Shown here piece by piece: positions 1-10,200 of a stretch of DNA of 55,584 nt. Numbering within the stretch: the first letter of the stretch is position 1; the number at the start of each line of letters is the position of its first letter. Position numbers and translations under genes: made by a program. The notes under the pieces are model-generated. The model was not told where the DNA came from and made no database searches. It saw nothing but the letters and a program-made list of their open reading frames with translations. Source of the stretch: Thermoplasmata archaeon (GTDB taxonomy: Archaea > Thermoplasmatota > Thermoplasmata > Lutacidiplasmatales > UBA184); assembly GCA_030038605.1 (NCBI GenBank), contig JASHSU010000037.1, forward strand, positions 1-55,584. The letters are read 5' to 3'.

Positions 1-2679
1 GCCGGACGGGAGCCCGGCGTAGGAGAACGCAAAGCTGCCGCTGCCGTTCGTCGCCGTCGCCTGGAACTGGAACGCGCTGCCGACGACCTCCGACCCACCG
101 TTGGCGGCGACCAGGGTCACGGTCGGGTCGGCGAACACGACGAGTCGACCGGAGCCGGCCATCGACTCGTTGAGGGCGTCCGTGACGGTCACGTCGACCA
201 CGAAGCTCCCGGCGACGCTCGGCGTGCACGAGAACGTCGCGGCGGTCGCGGACGCCTCACACCCCCGAGGCAACCCGAGGTAGGAGTAGCTGTACGGCGA
301 GGTCCCTCCGACCGGGAGGACCTGAATCGTCGCGTTCTGCCCCAGGTCGATCGCCCCGGGGCTCGCCAGGACCGTCGGGGCCGCCAGGCCCGCGTTGACG
401 GTCAGTGTAACGTTCTCGAAGATCGCGAACCCGACCGCGTCGGTCGCCACGACCTCGATCGTGTACGACCCCGGGACGGTCGGAACGCAACTGTTGGAGG
501 GGCTGTCCCCGAAGTCGCAGCCATACGGTGCGCGGAGGTAGACGAAGCTGACCGCGCCGGTCCCTCCGCTGACGTTCGCCCAGAGCGTGACGGAGCCGCC
601 GACATCGATCGCGCTCGGCGTGGCCAGGCCGGACGTAAAGGCGGGGTCCGCCGCGACGGTCACGACGACGGAGGCGTTCGCCGACCAGCCGTCCGCGTCG
701 GTCGCCGTCACGGTGACCTTCCCGGTCGAGGGACCCGTCGGAGTGCACGTGAGCTGCGACGAGTCGTTCGTGGCGCAGCCGACGGGAAGGCCGGTCCAAA
801 GGTACTGAATCGGCGGCGTCCCACCGGACAGTTGGGCCCCCAGATGTAGCGTCTGGCGGACGTCCAGGGCGGCCGGCAGGGCGGAGAGCCCCGTGACCGT
901 CGGAGGCGGGTTGACCGTCAGGGTCAGGTTCGCGCTGACCAGGTAGTGGGCCGCGTCCGTGACGTTGACCCGGACGGTGAACGTCCCGTTCGCGGTGGGC
1001 GTGCAGTTGAGGTCGGGCCGGTCCAGGCTGGAACAGCCGGTGGGCAGTCCGGAAAACCGGTAGGAGAGTGGCGGAGCCCCCCCGCTCGCCGCCACGGTGA
1101 GGGTGTCGGTCGAACCGACCGTGATGCTCGGGGCGGAGGGGGCGAACGACTGGATAGTCGGGTCGGAGTCGACGACGACCGTCGCGTTGACCGTGCTGGC
1201 CACGCCGACGGAGTCGTTCCGAACGACGGTGACGGGGAACGAACCGACCGCGTCGGGCGTGCAGGTGAGTAATGAGACGTTGGCCGACGCGCAGCCCGGC
1301 GGCAGCGCCGTGTAGTTGTAGACGACGTAGCCGGGGTGGCCGATCGGTGTCGCGTTGATCGTGACGGATTGGCCCAAGTCGATGGCGGCCGGGGCGACCG
1401 AGACCGGGCCCAGGATCGAGGGCCCGAGCGCCCACGTTTCGTCACTGAACGTGGCGTTAGCGTACTGACCACCAAAGGCGATGGTGTAGCCGTCCAATGG
1501 GTCGAAGACCATCTCCATGTACGCCAGCTTCGGCGGCGACGTGGGCAGAGAACTCGTCAGACTTGTCCAGTTGCCGCCCGTAAAGTTCCACGTGTCATCG
1601 AGCGCACCGCTCGATGCGGTCGGAACCGTGGTGCCCCCGAACAGGAGGACCGTGTCCGCGATCGAGGAATAGGTGAGACCGTAGTAGACCCGCGCGGACG
1701 GGTGCGTGGACGGCGACAGCGCGGTCCAGTTGAGGTCGCGGTACTCCCACGTGCTCGAGTCGGGCGATGAACAGGTGAACGACGTGCACCCCCCGAAGAC
1801 GACCGTGTAGTTGTCGATAGGGTCGTAGACCATAGCGGCGCGGAAGCGCGGCGGAGGGTCGCCCGTGACGTTCAGGAGCGTCCAGTTCCCGTGCAGGAAT
1901 TCCCAGGTGTCCGTGAACGCCGCGGACATCGTCGTCCCCCCGTACATCAGCACGTACCCGTCCCCGGCGTCGTAGGTCATCAGCGGCCGCCACCGGGCCG
2001 CGGGGGTCTGGTTGGTCAGTCCGGTCAGATTGGTCCACGTCCCGTGGACGAAGGTCCATGTCTCGTTGTTGAGCAGGTCCGAGGGGACCGAGTACCCGCC
2101 GAACATCACGGCGTACCCGTCCGCAGCATCCCATGCGATCCCGGCCAAGTACCGCCCACCGGGCGAGGTGGAGGGATAGATCTCGGTCCACTGGCCGTGG
2201 GCGAACGTCCACGTATCCCCGAACGAACCGGACGCGTCGGCCCCGCCGAACAGGAGCACATACTGGTCCACCGGGTCGTACACCATCATCGAGAGGTAAC
2301 GGGCGGACGGGGCGGTGGATTCGGCCCCGGACAGGTCGGTCCACGTGGCCGGGTTCACGGGAGTCGACGCGGGGTGGGCAGCCGGAACAGGTCCCAGAGT
2401 TCCGCAGGTCTCGCCCATCAACTTCTCTGCCTGGCAGGTGAGGTTCGCGGTCGATTGGAGGACGGGGTGGGACAGCGGATTGGAGCCCGAGTTTGACGGG
2501 CCCAGCGGCTGCGTCGCGGGCGACACGGACCCGCCCAGGGGAACCAAGGCGGTGACCACGAAGAGCAGGGCGATCGTCCCCGCCCCCACGGTGGCGGCGA
2601 ACCGGCGCGCGACGTGCGGCGAGGTGCTCGGCCCGGGGCGAGGGACGGTCACTCCGGGGGAGAGCCGTCCGTCGGTCAT
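1..2679 (-). CDS. Membrane-anchored/secreted Kelch-repeat plus PKD/Ig-like-repeat surface protein (partial; 3' end runs off the window)
   Basis: Absent from the ORF track because the frame stays open to position 1. Hand translation from ATG (complement of 2677-2679) gives MTDGRLSPGVTVPRPGPSTSPHVARRFAATVGAGTIALLFVVTALVPLGG, an N-terminal hydrophobic anchor. Kelch-like units follow: YDPVDQYVLLFGG..GDTWTF, WDAADGYAVMFGGY..ETWTF, YDAGDGYVLMYGG. The distal part (about 1-1400) reads as repeated modules such as SPYSYSYLGLPRGCEASATAATFSCTPSVAGSFVVDVTVTD. I did not check every codon between the two hand-translated ends. Confidence 0.75.
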   Translation of the reverse strand, partial: MTDGRLSPGVTVPRPGPSTSPHVARRFAATVGAGTIALLFVVTALVPLGGSVSPATQPLGPSNSGSNPLSHPVLQSTANLTCQAEKLMGETCGTLGPVPAAHPASTPVNPATWTDLSGAESTAPSARYLSMMVYDPVDQYVLLFGGADASGSFGDTWTFAHGQWTEIYPSTSPGGRYLAGIAWDAADGYAVMFGGYSVPSDLLNNETWTFVHGTWTNLTGLTNQTPAARWRPLMTYDAGDGYVLMYGGTTMSAAFTDTWEFLHGNWTLLNVTGDPPPRFRAAMVYDPIDNYTVVFGGCTSFTCSSPDSSTWEYRDLNWTALSPSTHPSARVYYGLTYSSIADTVLLFGGTTVPTASSGALDDTWNFTGGNWTSLTSSLPTSPPKLAYMEMVFDPLDGYTIAFGGQYANATFSDETWALGPSILGPVSVAPAAIDLGQSVTINATPIGHPGYVVYNYTALPPGCASANVSLLTCTPDAVGSFPVTVVRNDSVGVASTVNATVVVDSDPTIQSFAPSAPSITVGSTDTLTVAASGGAPPLSYRFSGLPTGCSSLDRPDLNCTPTANGTFTVRVNVTDAAHYLVSANLTLTVNPPPTVTGLSALPAALDVRQTLHLGAQLSGGTPPIQYLWTGLPVGCATNDSSQLTCTPTGPSTGKVTVTATDADGWSANASVVVTVAADPAFTSGLATPSAIDVGGSVTLWANVSGGTGAVSFVYLRAPYGCDFGDSPSNSCVPTVPGSYTIEVVATDAVGFAIFENVTLTVNAGLAAPTVLASPGAIDLGQNATIQVLPVGGTSPYSYSYLGLPRGCEASATAATFSCTPSVAGSFVVDVTVTDALNESMAGSGRLVVFADPTVTLVAANGGSEVVGSAFQFQATATNGSGSFAFSYAGLPSG

Positions 2680-2845
2680 CAACGTTTGCTCGGGCGCAAG
2701 AGCCGCCCCGGTCGCCGCCTCGACGTTCCTGGCCCCCTCGCCGGCGGGGGCCGTTCCTCCGTCGGGTCCCCCTCCGCCCCCCTGGAGTCCCTGGGACGAT
2801 GGGACCCGGCGGGCCCGTCGAGGGTTGGCCGCCGGGCGTGCCCGG

Positions 2846-3655
2846 TCAGGTACGACGGGCGGTGTAGAGCGAGGTGACGACCGGGAGTTCGATGACGCCG
2901 TCGAACCGCTCGTCCATCAAGAACCCCAGCTCCGTCAGGAACCGTCTCCGTCGGGCGGGAGACAGGGTGACTATCTCCGAGAACGACGCCCAGAGCGCCT
3001 GGACGCGAGGGGTCCGGAGGGTGACGCTCCACCGGAGGTCGTCCCGTGCGAGCCGCTCGAACGCGCCCACCGAACGCATCGCGCGAAATCGGGCCTCCCG
3101 ATGCGCTCGGGCGGCGGACCGGGTCGGGAACGGGTCGGGATGACCGAAGGCCTCCGCATAGAGGGGCTGCAGGGCCCGGTGGAACTCGGTCGGACGGGTG
3201 GGGTCGTTGTGCTGGTTGCCCCAGTGGGCCCACCATCCTCCGGGGCGAAGCAATCGGGCCACCTTCCGGAGCGCTCGCCGCTCGGGAAGCCAGTGGAAAC
3301 TCTGGGCCGCCACGCCGAGATCGAACCGGGCTCGCGGCAGTCGAGCCCGCTCGAACCCGGCGCTCACGATCTCGAAGCGTCCTTCCCGCTCCGGCCAACG
3401 CCCGCGGAGGTATCGGACCAGCCGCGGGTCGGCTTCGACGAGGACCAGCGGTCGGGCGCCGAGGCGGCGCAGCTGCCGCGTAGCTTTCCCGGTGCCCGGA
3501 CCGATCTCGAAGACCACGGCCCCCGGACGGAGTCCGCATCGGTGATGCAGGATCTCGAACACGCGGGATGGGTAGTCGAGGCGCGCCCGGTCGTAGGCGG
3601 CCGGGTCACGGCCGAACACCCCTTTCTGGATTCGCCGGGGAACGTCTCGGACCAC
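2846..3655 (-). CDS. Class I SAM-dependent methyltransferase
   Basis: 269-aa ORF with the Rossmann motif I VFEIGPGTGKAT. An acidic motif II (LVLVEAD) and LLRPGG follow downstream, as is typical of Methyltransf_11/25-type enzymes. Confidence 0.7.
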   Translation of the reverse strand: MVRDVPRRIQKGVFGRDPAAYDRARLDYPSRVFEILHHRCGLRPGAVVFEIGPGTGKATRQLRRLGARPLVLVEADPRLVRYLRGRWPEREGRFEIVSAGFERARLPRARFDLGVAAQSFHWLPERRALRKVARLLRPGGWWAHWGNQHNDPTRPTEFHRALQPLYAEAFGHPDPFPTRSAARAHREARFRAMRSVGAFERLARDDLRWSVTLRTPRVQALWASFSEIVTLSPARRRRFLTELGFLMDERFDGVIELPVVTSLYTARRT

Positions 3656-3825
3656 GCCCCGGCCGGGGATCTACCGGCTTATGGACCTACCGCACGGAGG
3701 ACGCTGCATCGCGCCGAACGTCCCGCTCTCGATTGCTCACGGCATGGATCCCTGTCGCGCCCCGAGGCATCGCCGGGAGAGCCTCAAATGGCCTTCCCGA
3801 CTGGGCGGCCTCCGAGGCGAACCCG

Positions 3826-4215
3826 ATGACCGAAGCAACCCCACAGGGGTACGTGAATCGCATGGACGTGGCCTTCCCCGCACTAGCGACCATCCCTCTG
3901 GGCGCGCTGGCCGACGCCTGCCGCGACCGCTGGTTCAACCAGACGCTCTGCGACGTCAACGACACCTGGATCCGGTTCGCCGTCTGCGAGGGGGAGTACC
4001 ACTGGCACGAGCACGCCGATACGGACGAGTTCTTCTACGTCATCGAGGGCCGGTGGATCGTCGACCTCGAAGAGCGGTCGGTGGAGTTGGGTCCGCGGGA
4101 AGCGTTCGTCGTCCCGAAGGGCGTGCGGCACCGGCCCAGGGCACCGGTCCGGACGGTCGTGCTCATGGCCGAGCGCCGAGGGGTCGTTCCGACCGGTGAC
4201 CCACCCCGGGACTAG
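3826..4215 (+). CDS. Cupin-domain protein
   Basis: Internal ATG of ORF 3568-4215. The region upstream of it is Arg/Gly-rich and looks non-coding. The two-His cupin motif is GEYHWHEHADTDEFFYVIEG ... PKGVRHRP. Confidence 0.65.
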   Translation: MTEATPQGYVNRMDVAFPALATIPLGALADACRDRWFNQTLCDVNDTWIRFAVCEGEYHWHEHADTDEFFYVIEGRWIVDLEERSVELGPREAFVVPKGVRHRPRAPVRTVVLMAERRGVVPTGDPPRD

Positions 4216-4274
4216 GCGACCGGACGCTCCGCGGTAGGGCGCGGGAAGGGGTTGGGCGAGGGCTGGGATCGAAC

Positions 4275-7200
4275 TTACGCGACGACCGACACCGTCTTCG
4301 ACGCGGCCGAGACGACGGTCTCGGGCGCCGTCGCACTGTCGGTCACGTGCAGCTCGAAGGCGTACGTGTTGCCGACGGTCAGGGTTCCGCCCGCAATCGT
4401 GCACGTCTCCGTGACGCCCGCGCCGGCCCCGGTGCCGCTGTTGGTCGAGCACTGGGTCGCCGCCGTGTAGGCGCCGCCGTTCACAGAGACATACCACGTC
4501 CACGCGTACTTGGAGGTCCCCGAGGACGGGATCTTGCCCTTGACGGTCAGCGTCTGCGACACGACCAGGTGGCTCGTGCTCAGCGACGGCGCGGCCGGTG
4601 CGACCAGCGTGCTCTTCACGTGCACGGTCGACGAGGCCGAGGTGGTCGCGCTCTCCGTGGTCGAGGCCCCGTCGCTGACGGCGAGCTTGAACGCGTAGGT
4701 GTCGCCGACCGTGAGCGTGCCCGAAGCGATCGAGCACGTGACGGTCTGGCCGGACGTTCCTCCCGTCCCGCTGGGCGCGGCGCACTGACTGGCCGTCGCG
4801 TAGCTTCCGCCGCTCACCGACACGACCCAGGTCCACTGGTACGGCGCCGTGCCGGTGGTCGGCAGCTTCGCCGTCACGGTCAACGCCTGGTTCAGGTCGA
4901 GGGCGGTGCCCGAGTCCGTGGGCGCCGAGGGTGCCTTCAGCGCCGAGGCGACCGAGATCGTGGCCGAGGCGCTCGACGTCTGCGTCTGGGTCGAGGTCGC
5001 GCTGTCGGTGACCTGCAGGGCGAACGCGTAGGTGTCGCCCACCGTCAGCGTGCTCGCGGCCACGACGCAGGGCTCCGAAGCGCCCGCGGCGGCCCCGGTC
5101 CCCGAGTTCGTGCCGCACTGCGTCGCGGCGACCGGAGAGCCACCGTTCACGGCCACGAGCCAGGTCCAGGAGTAGGGAGCGGTCCCGGTGGTCGGAATCG
5201 CACCCGACACGGTCAGCGCCTGGTTGACATCCAGCAGAGGCCGGTTCGCGGTCGGAGTCCCCGGCGCGGTGAGCGCCGACGCGACCGAGACGGTGGACGA
5301 CGCCCCCGAGGCTTGGGTCTCCGCGGCCGACGCGCTGTCGGTGACCGACAGCTCAAACGCATAGGTCGACCCGGCCGACAGGCCGTTGGCCGAGACCACG
5401 CACGTCTCGCTGGCACCGCCGCTCGCGCCGGACCCACCGTTCGTGCCGCACTGGGTCGCCGCTGCGTAGGTACCGCCGCCGATCGACACCAGCCAGGTCC
5501 AGGCGTACGGAGCCGTCCCGGTGGTCGGGATCGTCCCGGACACGGTGAGCGACTGGTCGACGTCCAGGGCCGTCGCGCTCACACTGGGCGTCGTCGGCGC
5601 CGACAGGGCCGAGTTGACGCTGACCGACGACGAGGCGACGGACGTCTGCGTCTCGGCGACCGACGCGCTGTCGGTGACGGAGAGCTCGAATCGGTAGGAG
5701 TGGCCTGCCGACAACGTCCCTCCGCTGACCACGCACGCGACAGGGCCCGAGCCGCTGCCGCTGTTGGTCGCGCACTGGCTCGCTGCGACGAAAGTTCCTC
5801 CATCGATCGAGACCATCCAGGTCCAGCTCACCGGGGCCGTGCCCGTGAACGGCACATGCCCGCTGACGGTGAGGGTCTGGTCCGCGTCGAGCACGGTCGC
5901 GCTGACCGTCGGCTTCGCCGGGGTCGTCAAGGCGGACGCCACCGCGACCGGGGACGAAGCACCGGACGTTTGGGTCTCGGCCGCGCTCGCGCTGTCGGTG
6001 ACCGACAACTCGAACGTGTACGCGTCACCCACCGTCAGCGTGTTCGCCGCGATCACGCAGTTCACCGGGGTGCCGGCGCTCGCGCCGGTCCCGCCGTTCG
6101 TCCCGCACTGGGTCGTCGCGCCGTAGCTCCCGCTGTTGACCGCGACCAGCCACGTCCAGGCGTACGGCCCGGTGCCGCTGCTGGGGATCGTCCCGGAGAC
6201 GGTCAGCGCCTGGTCGACGTCGAGCGCGGTCGCGCTCACCCCGGGCGTTGCCGGAGCCGTCAGGGCGCTGCCCACCGTCACCGTCGACGACGGGGCAGAG
6301 GTTTGCATCTCGGCGTTGCTGGCGCTGTCGGTCACGGTCAGCTCGAAGGCGTAGGTCGAGCCTGCGGAGAGGGTGCCGCCCGTCACGGTGCACGTCTCCG
6401 TGGCGCCGCCCGACGCACCGGTACCCGAGTTGGTCGTGCAGACCGTCGCCGCCGTGTAGCTGCCGCCGTTGACCGACACGAGCCAGCCCCACGAGTACGG
6501 CGCTGTGCCCGACGAGCCCAGGGTGCCCGTAACGGTGAGCACCTGGTCGGCGTCGAGGGCCGTCGCACTGACGGTCGGGGCCCCGGGGGCCCCGAGCGGG
6601 CCGCTCACCGTCACGGTGGACGAGGGGCCCGAGGTCGCGGTCTCGGCGTGGGAGGCGCTGTCGGTCACCACGAGCTCGAAGGCATAGGTGTCACCGGCGG
6701 TGAACGTCCCGCCCGTGACCGAGCACGTCTCGGTCGCCCCACCGCTCGCGCCCGAGCCGGAGCTCGCGGTGCATTCGGTGGCGGCCACGTAGGACGTTCC
6801 GCCCACCGAGACCTGCCACGCCCACGAGTAGGTGGCGGTGCCCGTCGAAGTGAGGGTCGTGCTGACGCTGAAGCCCTGGTCCGCGTCCAGGTCGGTCGCG
6901 CTCACCGACGGGGTACTGGGGGCGACCAACGCGGTCGCCACCGACACCGTCGCCGAGTTGCCCGAGGTCTGGACCTCCGGCGTCCCCGCGCTGTCCGTGA
7001 CCTGGAGGGCGAACGCGTAGGTGTCCCCGGGCGTGAGGGAGTTGCCGGCGATCACGCACGCGACCGCAGCCCCGGCGCTGGCGCCCGTGCCGCTGTTCGT
7101 GGCGCACTGGGTCGCCGCCCCGAGGAGCCCGCTGTTGACCGAGACCTCCCACTGCCAGGAGTACGTCGGAACGCCGGTCGTCGGGATCGTCCCGGAGACC

Positions 7201-10200
7201 GTCAGCGCCTGGTCCACGTCCAGCGCGGTCGCGCTCACCGTCGGCGTCGCGGGCGGGGTCAGGACCGCGTAGAACGGCACCGAGATCGGGACCGCGGCTC
7301 CCGAGACACTGAACGAGCCCGATCCGGCCGAGGTCGCGTAGCCCGCCACGGCGCCGACCGTGTAAGTGTACCCACCGTTCGGGAGGTGGAATACGACCGT
7401 GGTGGTGGTGCTGGTCGTCGTGGGCTGACCGGGGATGCTGACCGACCAGTGGGTGCCGCTCGCCAGGCCGCTCTCGGTGAAGGTCACCGTCTGCGAGCCC
7501 AGGAAGGACAACGTGGCTTCGAGTCCGATCGGCGCGTTGGTGATGGTGAATGAACCGGTCGCCGGATTCGCCGCGTACGCCAGGCTGCTGTACTCGTCGT
7601 AGGTGTAGGTGCCCGCGGGCAGGTAGAAGTCGACGCACGGGTTGGAACTGCACGTGCCCGTGGGCGTCGTGGTCTGGGTGTCGTTGAACCAGGTGTACGT
7701 CGCGTTCGACACGTGGACTTCAAACGCCGTCGCCGTAGTCGAACTCGCGATCCCCGTCTCGGCAAAGTTCGGGTCGTAGACCGTGTAGCCGATCAGGGGC
7801 GCGTAGTCACCGTGGAAGCCCACGACGGTCGAACCAATCCCGGCCGAGCCGGTGGTGCTCGAGGCGCGGTCGACGTAGGGTAGGTTCGCGTACGGGTTCG
7901 GGTTGTTCCCGTAGTTCGACCAGAAGTTGCCGCCCTGGTACGCCGTACCTATGATGCTCCCCGTCAGCTGGAACCCGAGGTACGTCGTCACGTACGAGGC
8001 CGGCTGGCAGGTGACCGTTCCCGGGTAGGTCGCCTGGGAGAGCGGTGCGTACCCGACCTGGCAGGTCACGTTCCACAGGTCCTGGTCCGCCGAGGAGGCG
8101 GTGGCGGTCTGGTTGGTGTAGAACGCGTTGTTCCACACCCGGTCGAACGCCTCACTCAGCACGAGGCCCGTGCCCGGGGCGTCCAAGCCCGTGTAGGACG
8201 GCTGGGGGTCGGGCGTGAAGGTGTTGCCCCACACCACGTTCCGCGTCTCCGCAAGGGCGTTGCCCGTCGTCAGCGTGGTGCCGCCGTTGATGAACTCCAT
8301 GCCGCGGTTGGAGACCGCGAAGGAGTTGTCGGCGAACAGGTCGTTGTGGCACGTGTTGCAGATGACGCTGTAGAGGGTCGTCGCCTCACTGTTGGCCCAG
8401 GCGTAGATGTGCGTGCCCCCGGCGACCGTGAAGTTCTGGACGTTGTCGAGGTAGACCTGGAACTGGTCGGTCGACGGGACGTCGAACTGGGTGAGGACCG
8501 ACTGCTGCCAGGACGGGTACTCCATCGTGAACGTCGGCACCGGGTTCGACTCGGCGTAGCTCGTCGTCGAGTTGATGAACTCGCCGATCCAGACCGTGAA
8601 CAGGTAGTCGTTCAGGTTGGAGAACAGCCACGACAAGGAGCCGGACTCGCCGAACGGTGACCCCACGGTCGGGGCCCCGCTGATCAGCTGGTAGGGATTA
8701 CCAGACTGCCCGGCCCCGAACGAACCCCCGTTGACCGAGATGTTCGAAAGGTCGGCGCTGCTGAAGGCCCAGATTGGAGTGTACACGCCTTCCGACGGAT
8801 TCCGGACCAGGGTGATGCTCGGGGCCTGCCCGGACGTCAGCAGATTGACGTTGCCGATGTACGGAGTGTATCCGCTGAGGAGGACCTCGATTGTGTACTC
8901 CCCCACGGGCAGGTAGAGGTCGGACCCGAGGGTCGTCGGGCTCGTCGCACCGCCCGAGCCCTTCCAGTACGAGTACCACCCGAACGTCGGCGCGACCTGG
9001 AACAGCGCCTGGTCGGTCTGGCCGGCGCCCGCGGCGATCCCAACCCATGCGTTGGCCGGGGCGATGTTCGCGTAGCTCAACGGCTCGCCGCCCGCGCCGG
9101 AGGGATAGGGCGCTCCGGTCATGTTCCAGAGGCCCAGGAGCAGCGACGGTCCCGTCACGAGGTGCACCACGGGCGCACTCGGGCCAGGAACACCAGGATT
9201 GAGTGGACCGTTCGCGGTCCAGTACCCGACCTCGCCGGTGCTCGTCTCGCCGGTTTCGCCGCCAAAATCCTCGGCCGCCGGGGTCGCGCTGAACGACGAG
9301 CAGCTCAGGTCGCTGCCCTTGACCGTGACGTTGTCGTTCTGACAGTAGTTGATGCCGACGGTCCCGTCCTGATAGACGATGTTGTTGGTGGCACCGTCGT
9401 CGGACCCGATACCGTAGTCCATCTCGTAGTCGTTGGTCAGACCGACCGGGTCATACGCCGTCCCGTTGGCCTGGATGGTCGCCGACCCGAGCCGGGGGTT
9501 GCAGTTGACGTTCCCGGGGGTGAAGCTCGGACCGGTGCAGGGGCCGTACACCGGTACGCCCGAGGGGTTGGACGTCCCAACGGAGTTGAAGAACACGTCA
9601 TCGTACTCGCCGCAGACCCGTCCGGTCGGCTCCGTGGTCGGGCAGACCCGGGCCCCGTTCTTTATGATCGTGTAGTTCATGAACAGCTCGTTCACCGGCT
9701 CGGTGGTGCTGACACTGCCGCACGACGGCACACCGGTTCCGGCGGGGGAATCGGTGTGGCAGGGTCCCTGCGTGTAGTTGATGTAGAGGACGAGGGAGAA
9801 CGGAGGCGCGACCGTCACGGTGAAGGCGTAGCCGCTACCCGACAGTCCGTAGAGACCGCCGGAGACGCTCCCGAAGCCGGTCAGCGTGTGCGTGCCGGTG
9901 CTGGCGCTGCCGGACCAGCTCGCGTTCGGGTTCGAGAAATTCCATATCTCGTCCCCGATCTGGAGGGCGTGCGTGGACTCCGTGTACTCGATGTAGTTCT
10001 GGAGCCAGAACTCGTTGGGGCAGGAGACCGTCCCCGTGGTCGCAGAACAGCCGGCCCCCGGGGCATTCGCGTTCGGTCCGAAGGAGGTCTGACCGCCGAC
10101 CGTGACGTTGACCAGGACCGTGTTCAGCTGAGCGCCGAACTCCCCGGCCGCGTTCCCGGAACTCGTATCGAACAGTTCGGCCGCCGTGGCGATCGGGTCC

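Noticed and set aside
2315-3829. 504-aa plus-strand ORF and other ORFs overlapping 257-2500
   Set aside because: They overlap the methyltransferase and the Kelch/PKD gene in other frames, and they have a low-complexity Arg/Pro/Gly composition. The real frame for 1-2679 is the unlisted minus frame that is open to the window edge.
4278-7257. Regular 333-bp periodicity considered as a CRISPR-like or satellite array
   Set aside because: The period is far too long, there are no unique spacers, and the repeats stay in-frame and encode a conserved protein module. This is a coding tandem repeat.
4347-7553. 1068-aa plus-strand ORF covering the repeat region
   Set aside because: It is antisense to the giant surface protein gene. 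Its translation is extremely Arg/Gly/Asp-rich with no hydrophobic core. It merely mirrors the periodicity of the real minus-strand repeats, a typical long shadow ORF in high-GC DNA.
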